DNA of 64,000 bases from Podarcis bocagei (Eukaryota), in assembly GCA_964188305.1 (NCBI GenBank), contig OZ076892.1; one strand, 5' to 3'. The first letter of the stretch is position 1; each line of letters begins with the position of its first letter. The translations under genes and the position numbers were made by a program. This document shows positions 63,701 through 64,000 of this stretch, piece after piece. The notes beneath the pieces are model-generated. The model did not search any database, was not told the origin of the DNA, and saw nothing but the letters and a program-made list of their open reading frames with translations.

Positions 63701-64000
63701 CCACCATCACTTTTAGCCTGGGCGATTAGCATTACATATTAACAAGCAGAACGCACTAAATAGCTGACGTGTCAGTCAACTGTTACCTGGCAGTGATACC
63801 ATTCCAGCTTTTCCATTAATCAAAGGCACACATAGTCAGCAAGACTACATCTCCCTAGCATGCCTTAAAAATAAAACTAGGGTGGTGAAAAACTGACTTT
63901 TGCCGTAATAAACTTATTGTCCATTTGTAAAAGAGACACAGGTGTGTGCAAGTATGTGAATGCATGTACATTCAAGCATGCATGCTCCAGCATTGTGCAT

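Overview
Non-coding, repeat-rich vertebrate DNA. Sauria SINEs, Squam3-like SINEs and the MITE families point to a squamate, probably a lacertid lizard (inference). I found no convincing host exon. The main feature is a young, intact Ty3/Gypsy chromovirus of the Tf1/sushi type (39946-45415). It has identical 408-bp LTRs, a GAAGG target-site duplication (TSD), an 11-nt self-priming PBS and a -1 frameshift pseudoknot. Its Pol ends unusually: after a chromodomain with an incomplete aromatic cage come two tandem acidic F/LxGF motifs resembling LEDGF-IBD/TND-binding motifs, then 100 codons encoded inside the LTR. A diverged solo LTR (9471-9920) keeps the same LTR reading frame. Also present: a 5'-truncated but open LINE ORF2 running off the left edge, a 2.1-kb L1-like retroposed non-autonomous element with an unrecognised ORF, Penelope-type hammerhead ribozyme motifs, a degenerate 1.6-kb inverted repeat, many MITEs, SINEs and microsatellites, and a 149-N assembly gap. 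Repeat family names come from recognition, not from a database search.
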